A stretch of DNA of 61,617 nt, filler included. It is 7 parts of 7 records of this genome, joined end to end, with 100 filler letters (N's around TTAATTAATTAA, not from the genome) between each part and the next. Parts side by side here need not be neighbours in the genome. Positions count along the whole stretch, not along the records: positions 21,161 to 30,140 come from SRR31156797_29335; positions 30,241 to 40,013 come from SRR31156797_29347; 5 more parts are not named here. One strand, 5' to 3'. The notes under the pieces are model-generated. The model was not told the DNA's origin. It searched no databases and worked only from the letters and a program-made list of their open reading frames with translations. The position numbers and the translations under genes are program-made. Of the stretch, positions 28,789 through 37,876 are shown one piece after another. Numbering within the stretch: the first letter of the stretch is position 1; every line of letters starts with the position of its first letter.

Positions 28789-29364
28789 TTAAAGCACACC
28801 TTTTGTGCTTTTAATTTCTTCTCCCTCCACGACTACGGCTCTTCTGAGAGCATAAGCAAATGCCTTGAAAAGAGCTTCTATCTTGTGGTGGTCATTGTCT
28901 CCATATACATGAGCGTGCATGTTCATCTTTGAATTTTGAGCCACGGCTTCAAAGAAGTGGTCAACCATCTGTGTACTGAACTCACCTACCTTCGGTGCCT
29001 TGAACTCTGCATCGATTACCAGGTAGCTGCGTCCTCCGAGGTCAAGAGCTACACTTGCAAGTGCTTCATCCATTGGTATGCGTGCTTCGCCAAATCTTGC
29101 AATACCTGCTTTATTACCGAGTGCTTCTGCAAGTGCCTGACCAAGAACAATCCCGGTATCTTCTATGAGGTGGTGATCATCAACTACAAGGTCACCTGTA
29201 GCTTTGACAGTGAGGTTGAAGTTCCCATGTTTTGTGAATGCAGTAAGCATATGATCAAAAAAACCAATTCCAGTGCTTACGTCTGCAATACCTTTTCCAT
29301 CAAGTTCCAGCTCAAGATTAATGTCTGTTTCACTGGTTTTGCGTGATATGTTAGATTTTCTCAT
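28789..29364 (-). CDS. hisB: Imidazoleglycerol-phosphate dehydratase
   Basis: [46 protein letters not shown]. Confidence 0.97.
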   Translation of the reverse strand: MRKSNISRKTSETDINLELELDGKGIADVSTGIGFFDHMLTAFTKHGNFNLTVKATGDLVVDDHHLIEDTGIVLGQALAEALGNKAGIARFGEARIPMDEALASVALDLGGRSYLVIDAEFKAPKVGEFSTQMVDHFFEAVAQNSKMNMHAHVYGDNDHHKIEALFKAFAYALRRAVVVEGEEIKSTKGVL

Positions 29365-29398
29365 GGGTGCACCCGGGTATTATGTTCTTTTATAATTC

Positions 29399-30130
29399 TT
29401 AGCTGATAATATTTATTGCTTCTGGAAGTGTAAACTTTCCGGTGTACAGTGCACTTCCAACGACAACTGCTTTTGCACCTGTCTTTTTCAGGGATACAAG
29501 ATCATCAAGGTTTGTAACTCCGCCTGATGCTATTACAGGAATGTTCACTGATCTTACCAGTTCTTCAGTAGGTTTTGTGTTAACACCTTGAAGAAGCCCT
29601 TCATTGTCAATATTGGTAAAAAGGATACTTCCTGCTCCCAGCTCTTCGAATTTAATTCCCATTTCAACAGCTGTGAATTCGGATTGTTTCTTCCACCCTT
29701 CAATGGAAACCTTTCCCTCCTTGGAGTCAAGTGCAACGTTGATGTGCTCGCTGCCATATGCATCGGCAAGTTCCTTCACAAGTGGAGGATTGTTTATTGC
29801 GGCTGTGCTGAGTATGACCCTGTCGACGCCTAGTTCCAATAATTCTGCTGCATTCTCAAAAGAACGGATTCCGCCACCAACCTGTATTTCCATGCCAAGT
29901 GGCTTGCACTCTTTGACGATCCTCTCGATAATTGGTGCATTCTTACGTTTCCCATCTATAGCACCATCAAGATCAATGAGGTGCAGGGTCTTTGCGCCTT
30001 GTGCTACCCAGTCCTTTGCCACTGCTACGGGGTCATCCAGTGAGATCATCTCACTTCCCGGAACTCCCTGGACAAGCTGGACGCATTTGCCGTTTCTCAT
30101 GTCAACGGCAGGAATAACTTCAAAACTCAT
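29399..30130 (-). CDS. hisA: ProFAR isomerase
   Basis: IPAVDMRNGKCVQLVQG, HLIDLDGA, QVGGGIRS, IASGGV, VGSALY. Confidence 0.96.
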   Translation of the reverse strand: MSFEVIPAVDMRNGKCVQLVQGVPGSEMISLDDPVAVAKDWVAQGAKTLHLIDLDGAIDGKRKNAPIIERIVKECKPLGMEIQVGGGIRSFENAAELLELGVDRVILSTAAINNPPLVKELADAYGSEHINVALDSKEGKVSIEGWKKQSEFTAVEMGIKFEELGAGSILFTNIDNEGLLQGVNTKPTEELVRSVNIPVIASGGVTNLDDLVSLKKTGAKAVVVGSALYTGKFTLPEAINIIS

Positions 30131-30140
30131 GGTACCTCAA

Positions 30141-30240
30141 NNNNNNNNNNNNNNNNNNNNNNNNNNNNNNNNNNNNNNNNNNNNTTAATTAATTAANNNN
30201 NNNNNNNNNNNNNNNNNNNNNNNNNNNNNNNNNNNNNNNN
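30141..30240. other. Artificial contig spacer
   Basis: N44-TTAATTAATTAA-N44. Confidence 0.98.
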
Positions 30241-31721
30241 CCCAGGTTTTCGGCGGCCTCTTTTATATTGCCTGAGGACCGCTTCAGTTCCTCTATAACC
30301 AGTTCGTATTCAAGGATATCCATATGCTTCTGGAGCCTGCCCGTCTCCTCCGAAGCGATGCTGCTGATCTTCTGGAGAGAAGGAGGGAGATGATAACCGT
30401 GAACAACCTCTTCATCAGCCAGTATGACCGCCCTTTCGATACAGTTCTCGAGTTCCCTGACATTTCCCGGCCAGTGATAGGACATAAGCATATCGATCGC
30501 CGGCGTCGAGATCCTTTTTACCGTATTATTGGTAATGGCCGAATACTTTTCTATAAACATATCCACCAGAAGGGGGATATCTGTTTTCCTTTCCCTCAGG
30601 GGCGGGACGGTTATAGGGAAGACATTGAGCCGGTAGTACAGGTCAAGCCGGAATTCCCCCTCCTCCACAAGCTTCAGAAGATCCCTGTTTGTCGCGGCGA
30701 TCACCCTGACATCCACAGGGATGGTTTTGTTTACCCCTATCTTCTCAACCTCTCTTTCCTGAAGAACCCTTAGAAGCTTGGCCTGTGCCGCCAGGCTTAA
30801 CTCACCCACTTCATCCAGGAAGATAGTCCCTTTGTCAGCTATCTGGAATTTTCCGTCTTTTTCGGCAACGGCTCCCGTAAAAGCGCCCTTACCGTGACCG
30901 AAAAGTTCACTCTCGATAAGGGATTCGGGAAGTGCGGCGCAGTTGAAAGTGACAAAAGCTTCGGAGGCTCTGATCCCCGAGTAATGGATGGCCTGGGCCA
31001 CCAGTTCCTTGCCGGCGCCGCTTTCACCAAATATAAGAACGGTAGAGTTGGTTTTCGATATCTTTTCGATCAGGTTAAACATACTCTGCATAATGCCGGA
31101 ATTCCCTACGATATTTTCCGGATGGAACTTCTGTATCAGCCGTTCGTGCAGCCTCTCGTTCTCAGCGACCAGCGAAAGCTGCTCCTCGTGGATGGCCTGA
31201 TGGAGCCTGACGGCTCTAGAAATCATCGTCGTGATAATCGTAAGGATATTCAGATCATCCTCGATGTCGTTTGTATCTTCGTATGACTTATCCACACTGA
31301 GGGATCCGATCACTTCATTGGACGTTCTGACCGGGACGCATAAGAATGTGATATCCTTATTCTCCCGGACTCTGCCCGTTCGGTTCAGAAAACGCGGATC
31401 CTTATCGATATTGTCGATGACAATGGCTTTTCCCGTTTCCACGACCTTGCCGGTGATCCCCTCTCCCAGCTGATAGATCCCCCTGGACTCCTCTTGCTCG
31501 CTCATGCCGAAGGAGGCGGATATTTTAATCTCCGAGGTCTTTCTGTTCAGAATGGTAACCATCCCCCGTTCGATATTCATGTTTTTTCCAAGGGTATCCA
31601 TCAGAACGGGAATGAGCTCCTTAAGATCCTCTCCCGGGGTAATGCAGGAGGAGATTTTCAATAATAGGGAGAGATTTCTACTGTGTTTTTCCCTGCAGGT
31701 GCTTTTATCGCATAGACTCAT
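30241..31721 (-). CDS. nifA: NifA-type sigma54 activator (GAF-AAA+-HTH; 3'-truncated)
   Basis: N-terminal GAF, GESGAGKE, ESELFGH.KGAFTGA, FLDEVGEL, WPGNVREL; inside the nif cluster. Confidence 0.88.
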
Positions 31722-32860
31722 GGGTTCCCTGCCTGTTTTCTATAGATTTCAACAACTTCCTCTGTTGATAAAAAGTCTTTCTTCAATGCCGCTTTTTTTC
31801 TGAAGGTATCCATCATACGGGACAAATCCCCGCCCCTCTCCCTGATCCCCGCTTCCGACAGGACGCTGATCAGGTTAGACCGTCCCGAGTGGGAACCCAC
31901 AACCAGCGAGGACCGGGCCAGGCCCTTCTCTTCAGGCCTGAAAGGCTGGTAGGCCAGGGGATCCTTCATTAAGCCGTGACAGTGGATTCCCGATTCATGG
32001 GTGAATACGAGACCGCCGGTTATGGGCTTATCGACGGCGATGGACCGCCCTGAGTACTGAGCGGTCAGTTCACAGAGCGGCTTAATCCTGTTCAGGGAGA
32101 GGGAGGAACGGAAAACCGGATGCATGTCGAGGATAAAGGCCAGCTCCTCCAGCGAGGCATTCCCGGCTCTCTCTCCGATTCCGTTGACCGTAACGTTAAC
32201 GGAATCGGCTCCCCCGTCCAACGCCGCAAGGGAGTTGGCGGCGGCCAGCCCCAGATCGTTGTGCCCGTGAAAGTCGATCTTTCCGGAGAACTCCTTCCTG
32301 TGTATGCGGATCAGCTCTTTTACCTTATCCGGAAAGGCGCTCCCCACCGTATCGGAAAAACGGATTCTGTACAGATGATGATCTTCGGCGATAGAGCAGA
32401 GCTCGGCCAGACGGGAGCTCTTCGATCTGAAGCTGTCCTGGAATCCGAGGGAGATGCGGGGAAAATGATCTCCGGCGACCCTGAGACAGGCATCGAGACG
32501 GGAGAGGACGTTTTTCCAGGTTCCCATTTGATGATCAATATGATAATCAGAGACCGGAACGGAGATATGAATGATATCCGATCCGGTTTCTGCCGCAGCG
32601 GCAATATCCCCGGTCTTCAGCCTGGCCCAGGATGAGATAAGGCAGGAGGAGCTATCACGGGAGAGCCGGCTTATAAAGTCCCTGCTTTCCGCGCCCATTA
32701 CGGGAATTCCCGCTTCGATTTCATCAATCCCCAGCTCCATCAGCCTCAGGGCGATCGAGACCTTTTCCTCCAGGGAAAAAGAGACTCCCGGAGCCTGCTC
32801 GCCGTCACGCAAGGTCGTATCGATCAGTTCTTTCACTACTTCCGTTGTATGCATCTCCAC
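31718..32860 (-). CDS. nifV: Homocitrate synthase
   Basis: DTTLRDGEQAPG, HGHNDLGLA, GIGERAGN, FTHESGIH; nif context. Confidence 0.9.
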   Translation of the reverse strand: MEMHTTEVVKELIDTTLRDGEQAPGVSFSLEEKVSIALRLMELGIDEIEAGIPVMGAESRDFISRLSRDSSSCLISSWARLKTGDIAAAAETGSDIIHISVPVSDYHIDHQMGTWKNVLSRLDACLRVAGDHFPRISLGFQDSFRSKSSRLAELCSIAEDHHLYRIRFSDTVGSAFPDKVKELIRIHRKEFSGKIDFHGHNDLGLAAANSLAALDGGADSVNVTVNGIGERAGNASLEELAFILDMHPVFRSSLSLNRIKPLCELTAQYSGRSIAVDKPITGGLVFTHESGIHCHGLMKDPLAYQPFRPEEKGLARSSLVVGSHSGRSNLISVLSEAGIRERGGDLSRMMDTFRKKAALKKDFLSTEEVVEIYRKQAGNP

Positions 32861-32961
32861 GTTCTCTTCTTATACCTTTGCGACAGCAGATCCCTCGGAG
32901 GGACAAGCCATCTGTCACAGAGATAGTTGATCTGAGAATCCAGGGTATAAGGCTCGGTCCA

Positions 32962-33243
32962 TTAACCGCAGGAACTGCATTGTGCGCAGGATGCGGGAGA
33001 ACAGGGCAGAAGCATCTGCCACCAGATCAGCAATTCATCAAGCATAACGGCATCTTCCTCTGTCGCACATCTCGTTTTCAGGTTATTGATCGTATCTTCA
33101 AACTCATGATGCCTGAAACAATATCCGGCCTCTCTGAGAGCTTCTTTTATCTCCTCCGTGCCCTCCAGCGTATAGAAAGACCTCCTGAGATCGTGATTCC
33201 TTGCGATCTCCCGTATAAACTTTTCAGCATTTGACTCAACCAT
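32962..33243 (-). CDS. Nif11-like leader-domain small protein with Cys-rich tail
   Basis: NAEKFI.EI..NHDLR...EEI..A.REAGY.F..EF Nif11 pattern; tail CSPASCAQCSSCG; GGAG RBS. Confidence 0.75.
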   Translation of the reverse strand: MVESNAEKFIREIARNHDLRRSFYTLEGTEEIKEALREAGYCFRHHEFEDTINNLKTRCATEEDAVMLDELLIWWQMLLPCSPASCAQCSSCG

Positions 33244-33299
33244 GGAATTCTCCTGAAGCCTTGAAAAACGATTCCCCGCTGATTCTCTGCTTATCTATT

Positions 33300-33316
33300 T
33301 GCAAGAATAATGCCAA
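33300..33316 (-). promoter_or_regulatory. sigma54 (-24/-12) promoter
   Basis: Minus strand TTGGCATTATTCTTGCA: GG-N10-GC with TTGCA, about 57 nt upstream of the nif11-like start. Confidence 0.8.
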
Positions 33317-33398
33317 CAGCCCTTATTCAGCTCAGAAGGGGAACAAACCACTTTAAACAGATACAAGCCAGTTATTTCATACCGGATTGTAGTGCCTT

Positions 33399-33432
33399 GC
33401 CGCCGATACTACATCATTGTGGTATCGGCGGC
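33399..33432. terminator. Hairpin downstream of the ferredoxin gene, overlapping a near-consensus NifA UAS (TGC-N10-ACA, 33398-33413)
   Basis: GCCGCCGATAC...GTATCGGCGGC inverted repeat; no strong U-tract. Confidence 0.5.
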
Positions 33433-33440
33433 GATGAAGC

Positions 33441-33749
33441 TTAACCGATAAGGTACTCTTCATTCACTTCACCCTCTTCCATGGAATCAAGAATAGCATC
33501 GATATCATCTTCGCTTTCGATCCCTCCGTACCAGGTATTGTCAGGGTAGACGACCATGGCAGGGCCTCTGTCGCAGACATTCAGACAGCTGGTTGTCGAG
33601 ACCGTAACATCTGCCATGCCCCTGTCGGCCAACTCCTCCTGCAGGTACTGAACCAGTGCGGCCCCACCCTTTTTGTGGCAGATGCCCCGGGATTCGCCAT
33701 TGGCTCTGAAACTGCCGCATAAAAACATGTGTGTCGAAGGTTTTTCCAT
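33441..33749 (-). CDS. Thioredoxin-like [2Fe-2S] ferredoxin (nif-associated)
   Basis: C10, C23, C55xxxC59 spacing; GPAMVVYPDNTWY. Confidence 0.9.
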   Translation of the reverse strand: MEKPSTHMFLCGSFRANGESRGICHKKGGAALVQYLQEELADRGMADVTVSTTSCLNVCDRGPAMVVYPDNTWYGGIESEDDIDAILDSMEEGEVNEEYLIG

Positions 33750-33796
33750 AATGATTCTCCTGATTATTAATATTTTTCAGACCCTGGTTCTTCCAC

Positions 33797-35065
33797 TCAA
33801 CCGCACCCGACTCCTTTTCCGGAACAGGAGCCGCATCCCTCGGCCCGACAACTCATAGAGTCTAGGGACTGTCCTTCGAACAACCGGGATACCGCATCAT
33901 CCAAAAACCCTTCGATCCGATGGACTTTCAAGCCCTTGCTTTCCAGAATCCGCCGAGGTCTCTCTCCCGAACCGTTGACCAGAACCGCTTTGCAGTCAGA
34001 GAAACTGTCGGCCAGAACGGACCATCTGGAGTCACCGCTTCCCGGAGCCGGAGTTATCCGTTTTTCCACCAGTTCAATCCGTCCGTCCTCTCCCTTGGCA
34101 TAGACCCCCAGAACATCGGCCTCTCCCAGATGCTGATTCACCAGGTATCCTTCCCGTGAGGCCGCGGCGATATAGGGACGGTGTTCATCGGGAAAAAGAG
34201 ATTTTCGACCGGCTTCCCGCATCAGGCCCTGCCAGCTGTTCCCTTTGTCGGCGAGGAGCCCCACGGCATCGGCCCTGCAACGCTGGCAGTGCTTCATCTG
34301 GGGCAGAGATTCTCCCGCCTCTTCCTTGATTTTCCACATAAGATCATGATCCGGCTCCTCAAGATTTTCGAAGACCGCACCGGGTACGGGAAGCATGGGA
34401 ATGCAGTTAAACAGATCGACCCCCCTTTTTTTCATCTCTTTCGCAATCCCAGCGATGTGGAAGTCGTTCACACCCGGAATCACGATGGAGTTCACCTTTA
34501 CGGTAATGCCGTGGGCCTTCAGGGACGCGATGGCGGCCAGCTGGTTTTCCAGCAGCAGAGTCGCTCCCTCCTCCCCTCTGAAGACCTTTTTTCCGACCCT
34601 GATCCATTGATAGATTTTGGCGCCGATATCGGCTCTTATGGCATTTACGGTCACCGTGACATGACTCACCTCCAGCCTGGCCAGTTCCTTTACGGACGGC
34701 AGAAGATTAAGACCGTTACTGGACACGCAGAGGATGGCATCGGGATTGGATTTCCGGATAAGTCTAAATGTTTCCAGGGTGACTTCGGGCTCGGCAAAGG
34801 GATCTCCGGGACCGGCAATCCCCGCAACGGAGACGGGCACTTCGGCTGAAACCTTGTTGAAGAACCACTCGGCCTGTCCCGGAGACAGGATAGTGCTGCA
34901 GACCCCCGGTCTGGACTCGTTGACACAGTCATAATCCCTGTTACAGAAATTACACTGGACATTGCATGCGGGAGCCACGGGCAGATGAACCCTCCCGTAT
35001 GACTTGGCCGCTGATTTATTGAAGCATGGATGCAGTGCAGTATCGATCATAATAACTCTCCTCAC
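33797..35065 (-). CDS. nifB: FeMo-cofactor biosynthesis radical SAM protein NifB (with NifX-like domain)
   Basis: HPCF, HLPVAPACNVQCNFC, CVNESRPG, GIAGPGDP, HCQRCRADAVG, VNQHLGEA. Confidence 0.96.
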   Translation of the reverse strand: MRRVIMIDTALHPCFNKSAAKSYGRVHLPVAPACNVQCNFCNRDYDCVNESRPGVCSTILSPGQAEWFFNKVSAEVPVSVAGIAGPGDPFAEPEVTLETFRLIRKSNPDAILCVSSNGLNLLPSVKELARLEVSHVTVTVNAIRADIGAKIYQWIRVGKKVFRGEEGATLLLENQLAAIASLKAHGITVKVNSIVIPGVNDFHIAGIAKEMKKRGVDLFNCIPMLPVPGAVFENLEEPDHDLMWKIKEEAGESLPQMKHCQRCRADAVGLLADKGNSWQGLMREAGRKSLFPDEHRPYIAAASREGYLVNQHLGEADVLGVYAKGEDGRIELVEKRITPAPGSGDSRWSVLADSFSDCKAVLVNGSGERPRRILESKGLKVHRIEGFLDDAVSRLFEGQSLDSMSCRAEGCGSCSGKGVGCG

Positions 35066-35068
35066 TCT

Positions 35069-36409
35069 CTATAAATAGGAATACCCCACAGCCGACTCTT
35101 CCTGTTTTCGCGTCAGCAGAGTATTCACTATGTTGTCCAGCAGATTTATGGCTCCCTCATAACCCACATGAAGGAGGCGGGGCCCCCCCACTCTGTCATG
35201 GATGGGAAAACCGCAGCGAATCAATGGAATACGTTTCTTCCGGGCAAGGTGGTAACCTTTGCTGTTCCCAATCATAAAGTCGAAGTCCTGCCCCTCCATC
35301 ATCCCCTCCAGGCTCTTAAAGTCGATATTGTCTTCGATGATCAGGGGCGCTGTGTTTTCCAGGCAGCTGCCCACATACTCTTTGAAATGCAGGAAAGGAG
35401 AGCCGCTGACGCACAGAAGCGGTTCAACCCCGATCTCATCAAGGAAGGAAGCGATCCCCGCGACGAAGTCCGCATCACCGTAAACAACGGCTTTTTTACC
35501 GAAGAGGTATTTATGGCAGTCAGCGAGTGCATCGATAAGCCTGGCCCTCTGACTGAGAAAAGACTCGGGAATAGCACGGCCGCTTTTCTCTTCCAGCAGA
35601 GCGAGCAGGGAATCCGTCCCCCGGATTCCTACGGGAGGCTTCAGGGCATAGTGTTTTACCTGATGTCCCTCTTCCAGATAGGCCGGAGCGGAGATCTCAT
35701 CCCGCAGAAAAGGGCTGAAACTGACGGAGAAGTCAGCCAGATGGGCGGCGGCGATCTCCTCCATGGTCGTGCCTCCGGGCGCAATGGGCAGGTATTCTCC
35801 CCAGATCTCGCCATCAAGGGTGCTCGAATAATCGGGCAGGATCATAGCCTCGTCGAAAAAGGCCTCCGTTATGGTTCTCAGGTGACGCAGGTCAGCGGGT
35901 GAAACCATTGAAGGAAAAAGATTGATGTCCTGACAAGGCCCCTTGGATCTGACTTTTTCCTTTATGACACTGCATACGGCGGCATGGAATCCGTCGAGAT
36001 GAGCCCCCGTATAGGAAGGCATCGTTATATTGATCAGCTCGGCGGAACTGGACTCGACGCATTCCAGGCAGTAGCTTCTGATATCGTCTCCGATTGTCTC
36101 GGAGAGACAGGTCGGGGCGACCGCAATCAGACAGGGCTCGTATTTGAGATTCACATTCTCTATGGCGGCTTTCAGGTTTTTCTTGCCGCCGAAGATAGCC
36201 GAAGCCTCGTCAAAGCTCGAAGAAGCTATATCCAGGGGCTCTTTGAAGTGGCTGATCATATACCGTCTGATATATGTGGCGCAGCCCTGGGAGCCGTGCA
36301 TAATGGACATGGCCCTGCTGATTCCCTTGACAGCCAGACTCACTCCGAGGGGACTGCAGATCTTACAGGGATTTGTCGTCGCGACATAATCAGGATAGCG
36401 CTTTTTCAT
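35069..36409 (-). CDS. nifN: Nitrogenase FeMo-cofactor scaffold subunit NifN
   Basis: NPCKICSPLG, HGSQGCATYIRRY, HFKEP.DIASS, GFPIHDR; follows nifE. Confidence 0.92.
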   Translation of the reverse strand: MKKRYPDYVATTNPCKICSPLGVSLAVKGISRAMSIMHGSQGCATYIRRYMISHFKEPLDIASSSFDEASAIFGGKKNLKAAIENVNLKYEPCLIAVAPTCLSETIGDDIRSYCLECVESSSAELINITMPSYTGAHLDGFHAAVCSVIKEKVRSKGPCQDINLFPSMVSPADLRHLRTITEAFFDEAMILPDYSSTLDGEIWGEYLPIAPGGTTMEEIAAAHLADFSVSFSPFLRDEISAPAYLEEGHQVKHYALKPPVGIRGTDSLLALLEEKSGRAIPESFLSQRARLIDALADCHKYLFGKKAVVYGDADFVAGIASFLDEIGVEPLLCVSGSPFLHFKEYVGSCLENTAPLIIEDNIDFKSLEGMMEGQDFDFMIGNSKGYHLARKKRIPLIRCGFPIHDRVGGPRLLHVGYEGAINLLDNIVNTLLTRKQEESAVGYSYL

Positions 36410-37748
36410 GATATTTCCTTGCGAATTTCCATACAGGACTCATAACGGAGGAGTGAACCTCTTTCAGGAAGTTCACCATCCCCTCGTATCCGGCAAGACC
36501 GACTTTCCTCTCATGGTTGTGATCACAGAAGCCGATGCCCAGCTTGAAGGCGATGGGCCTCTCTTTCACGCCGCCGATGAAGAGATCGGCGCCTTTTTCG
36601 ATAACATACTTAGAGAGCTCCAGGGGATTCGAATCATCCAGGATAACCGTCCCCGGATCGGTAAGCTGCTTCAGCTGTTCGTAGTCCTGCTCATTCCCCG
36701 TCTGGGAACCTGCGATAACGACGGACATGCCCACAAGCCTTAACGCTTTGATCAGGGAGAAAGCTTTGAAGGCCCCTCCCACATAGATGGCGGCCCTCTT
36801 CCCTTCCAGCGCCCTTCTGTAATGCTTGATAGAAGGCATTATGGAAGCGATCTCTTCACTGACGACTTTCTCTGCGTTTTCCCGAATCTCCGGAGCGGAT
36901 GAGAAGAAATCGGCCACATCGTAGAGGGCTTTGGACTGGTCCTCGATTCCGAAGTAGGAAACCCTGATATAGGGGATGCCGTATGTCTCCTTCATATGCT
37001 CGGCCAGATAGGTCAATGATCCGGAACACTGGACGACATTCAAAGAGGCGCCGTGAGCTCTGGCGATCTTTCCGATCCTGCCGTCGCCCGTCATCACGGA
37101 GACGACTTCAACGCCCATCTTCTTGTAGTAGTCCTCAATCATCCAGGCTTCGCCGGCCAGATTGAATTCCCCCAGGATATTGATGCTCACAGGGGAGACA
37201 GAGCGGGTATCGCCGGTCCCGACGATCCGTGAAAGGGCTTCGCAGGCCGCTTTGTATCCGTCTTTTTTCGTTCCCTTGAATCCCTCCGAATGCACGGACA
37301 GAACGGGGATCCCAAGAGATTTGGACGCCTTTTTACATACGGAATCGATATCGTCTCCTATGATTCCGGTAATACAGGTGGCGTAAACGAAAACGGCCTT
37401 CGGCTTGTGCTCCCCAGCCAATCCGGAGATGGCTCTTTCCAGCTTCTTCTCACCGCCGTAAATGATGTCCCGCTCCTGAAGGTCGGTGGAAAAACTCAGG
37501 CGGTGCAGCTCCGGACCGGAACTGAGGCTCCCTCTGATATCCCAGGTGAATGAAGCGCAGCCTATGGGGCCGTGAACGATATGGATAGCATCGGCTATGG
37601 GATAGAGCACAACCCGCGAACCGCAGAACACACAGGCTCTCTGACTGACAGCTCCGGCCAGACTCGTCTTCTCACAGGAGATCGTTCCCTTTGTTTCCGC
37701 TTTTATCCATATCTGATCTTTTCTTTCTTCCAGAACTGATGTTGACAT
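36390..37748 (-). CDS. nifE: Nitrogenase FeMo-cofactor scaffold subunit NifE
   Basis: SQRACVFCGSRVVL, HGPIGCA, IYVGGAFKA, DHNHER. Confidence 0.94.
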   Translation of the reverse strand: MSTSVLEERKDQIWIKAETKGTISCEKTSLAGAVSQRACVFCGSRVVLYPIADAIHIVHGPIGCASFTWDIRGSLSSGPELHRLSFSTDLQERDIIYGGEKKLERAISGLAGEHKPKAVFVYATCITGIIGDDIDSVCKKASKSLGIPVLSVHSEGFKGTKKDGYKAACEALSRIVGTGDTRSVSPVSINILGEFNLAGEAWMIEDYYKKMGVEVVSVMTGDGRIGKIARAHGASLNVVQCSGSLTYLAEHMKETYGIPYIRVSYFGIEDQSKALYDVADFFSSAPEIRENAEKVVSEEIASIMPSIKHYRRALEGKRAAIYVGGAFKAFSLIKALRLVGMSVVIAGSQTGNEQDYEQLKQLTDPGTVILDDSNPLELSKYVIEKGADLFIGGVKERPIAFKLGIGFCDHNHERKVGLAGYEGMVNFLKEVHSSVMSPVWKFARKYHEKALS

Positions 37749-37790
37749 TGATTCAAACCTCTTATGGTCTTTCCGAAAACTGAAACACCT

Positions 37791-37822
37791 TCGCTCTCTG
37801 CAGACACGCAGGCAGAGAGCGA
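37791..37822. terminator. Stem-loop between nifK and nifE
   Basis: TCGCTCTCTGC-N10-GCAGAGAGCGA. Confidence 0.5.
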
Positions 37823-37876
37823 TTGATTATCGCCCCCGCCCGCATGGCTCCGGGCAGCATGCAGTGAAGCAAAACC

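Noticed and set aside
29399-31721. Methanogen his genes adjacent to bacterial nifA as horizontal transfer
   Set aside because: They are separated by an artificial spacer and come from different contigs.
32962-35065. RiPP cluster of a Nif11 precursor plus radical SAM maturase
   Set aside because: The radical SAM enzyme is canonical NifB; there is no SPASM/RRE maturase, protease or exporter in the contig.
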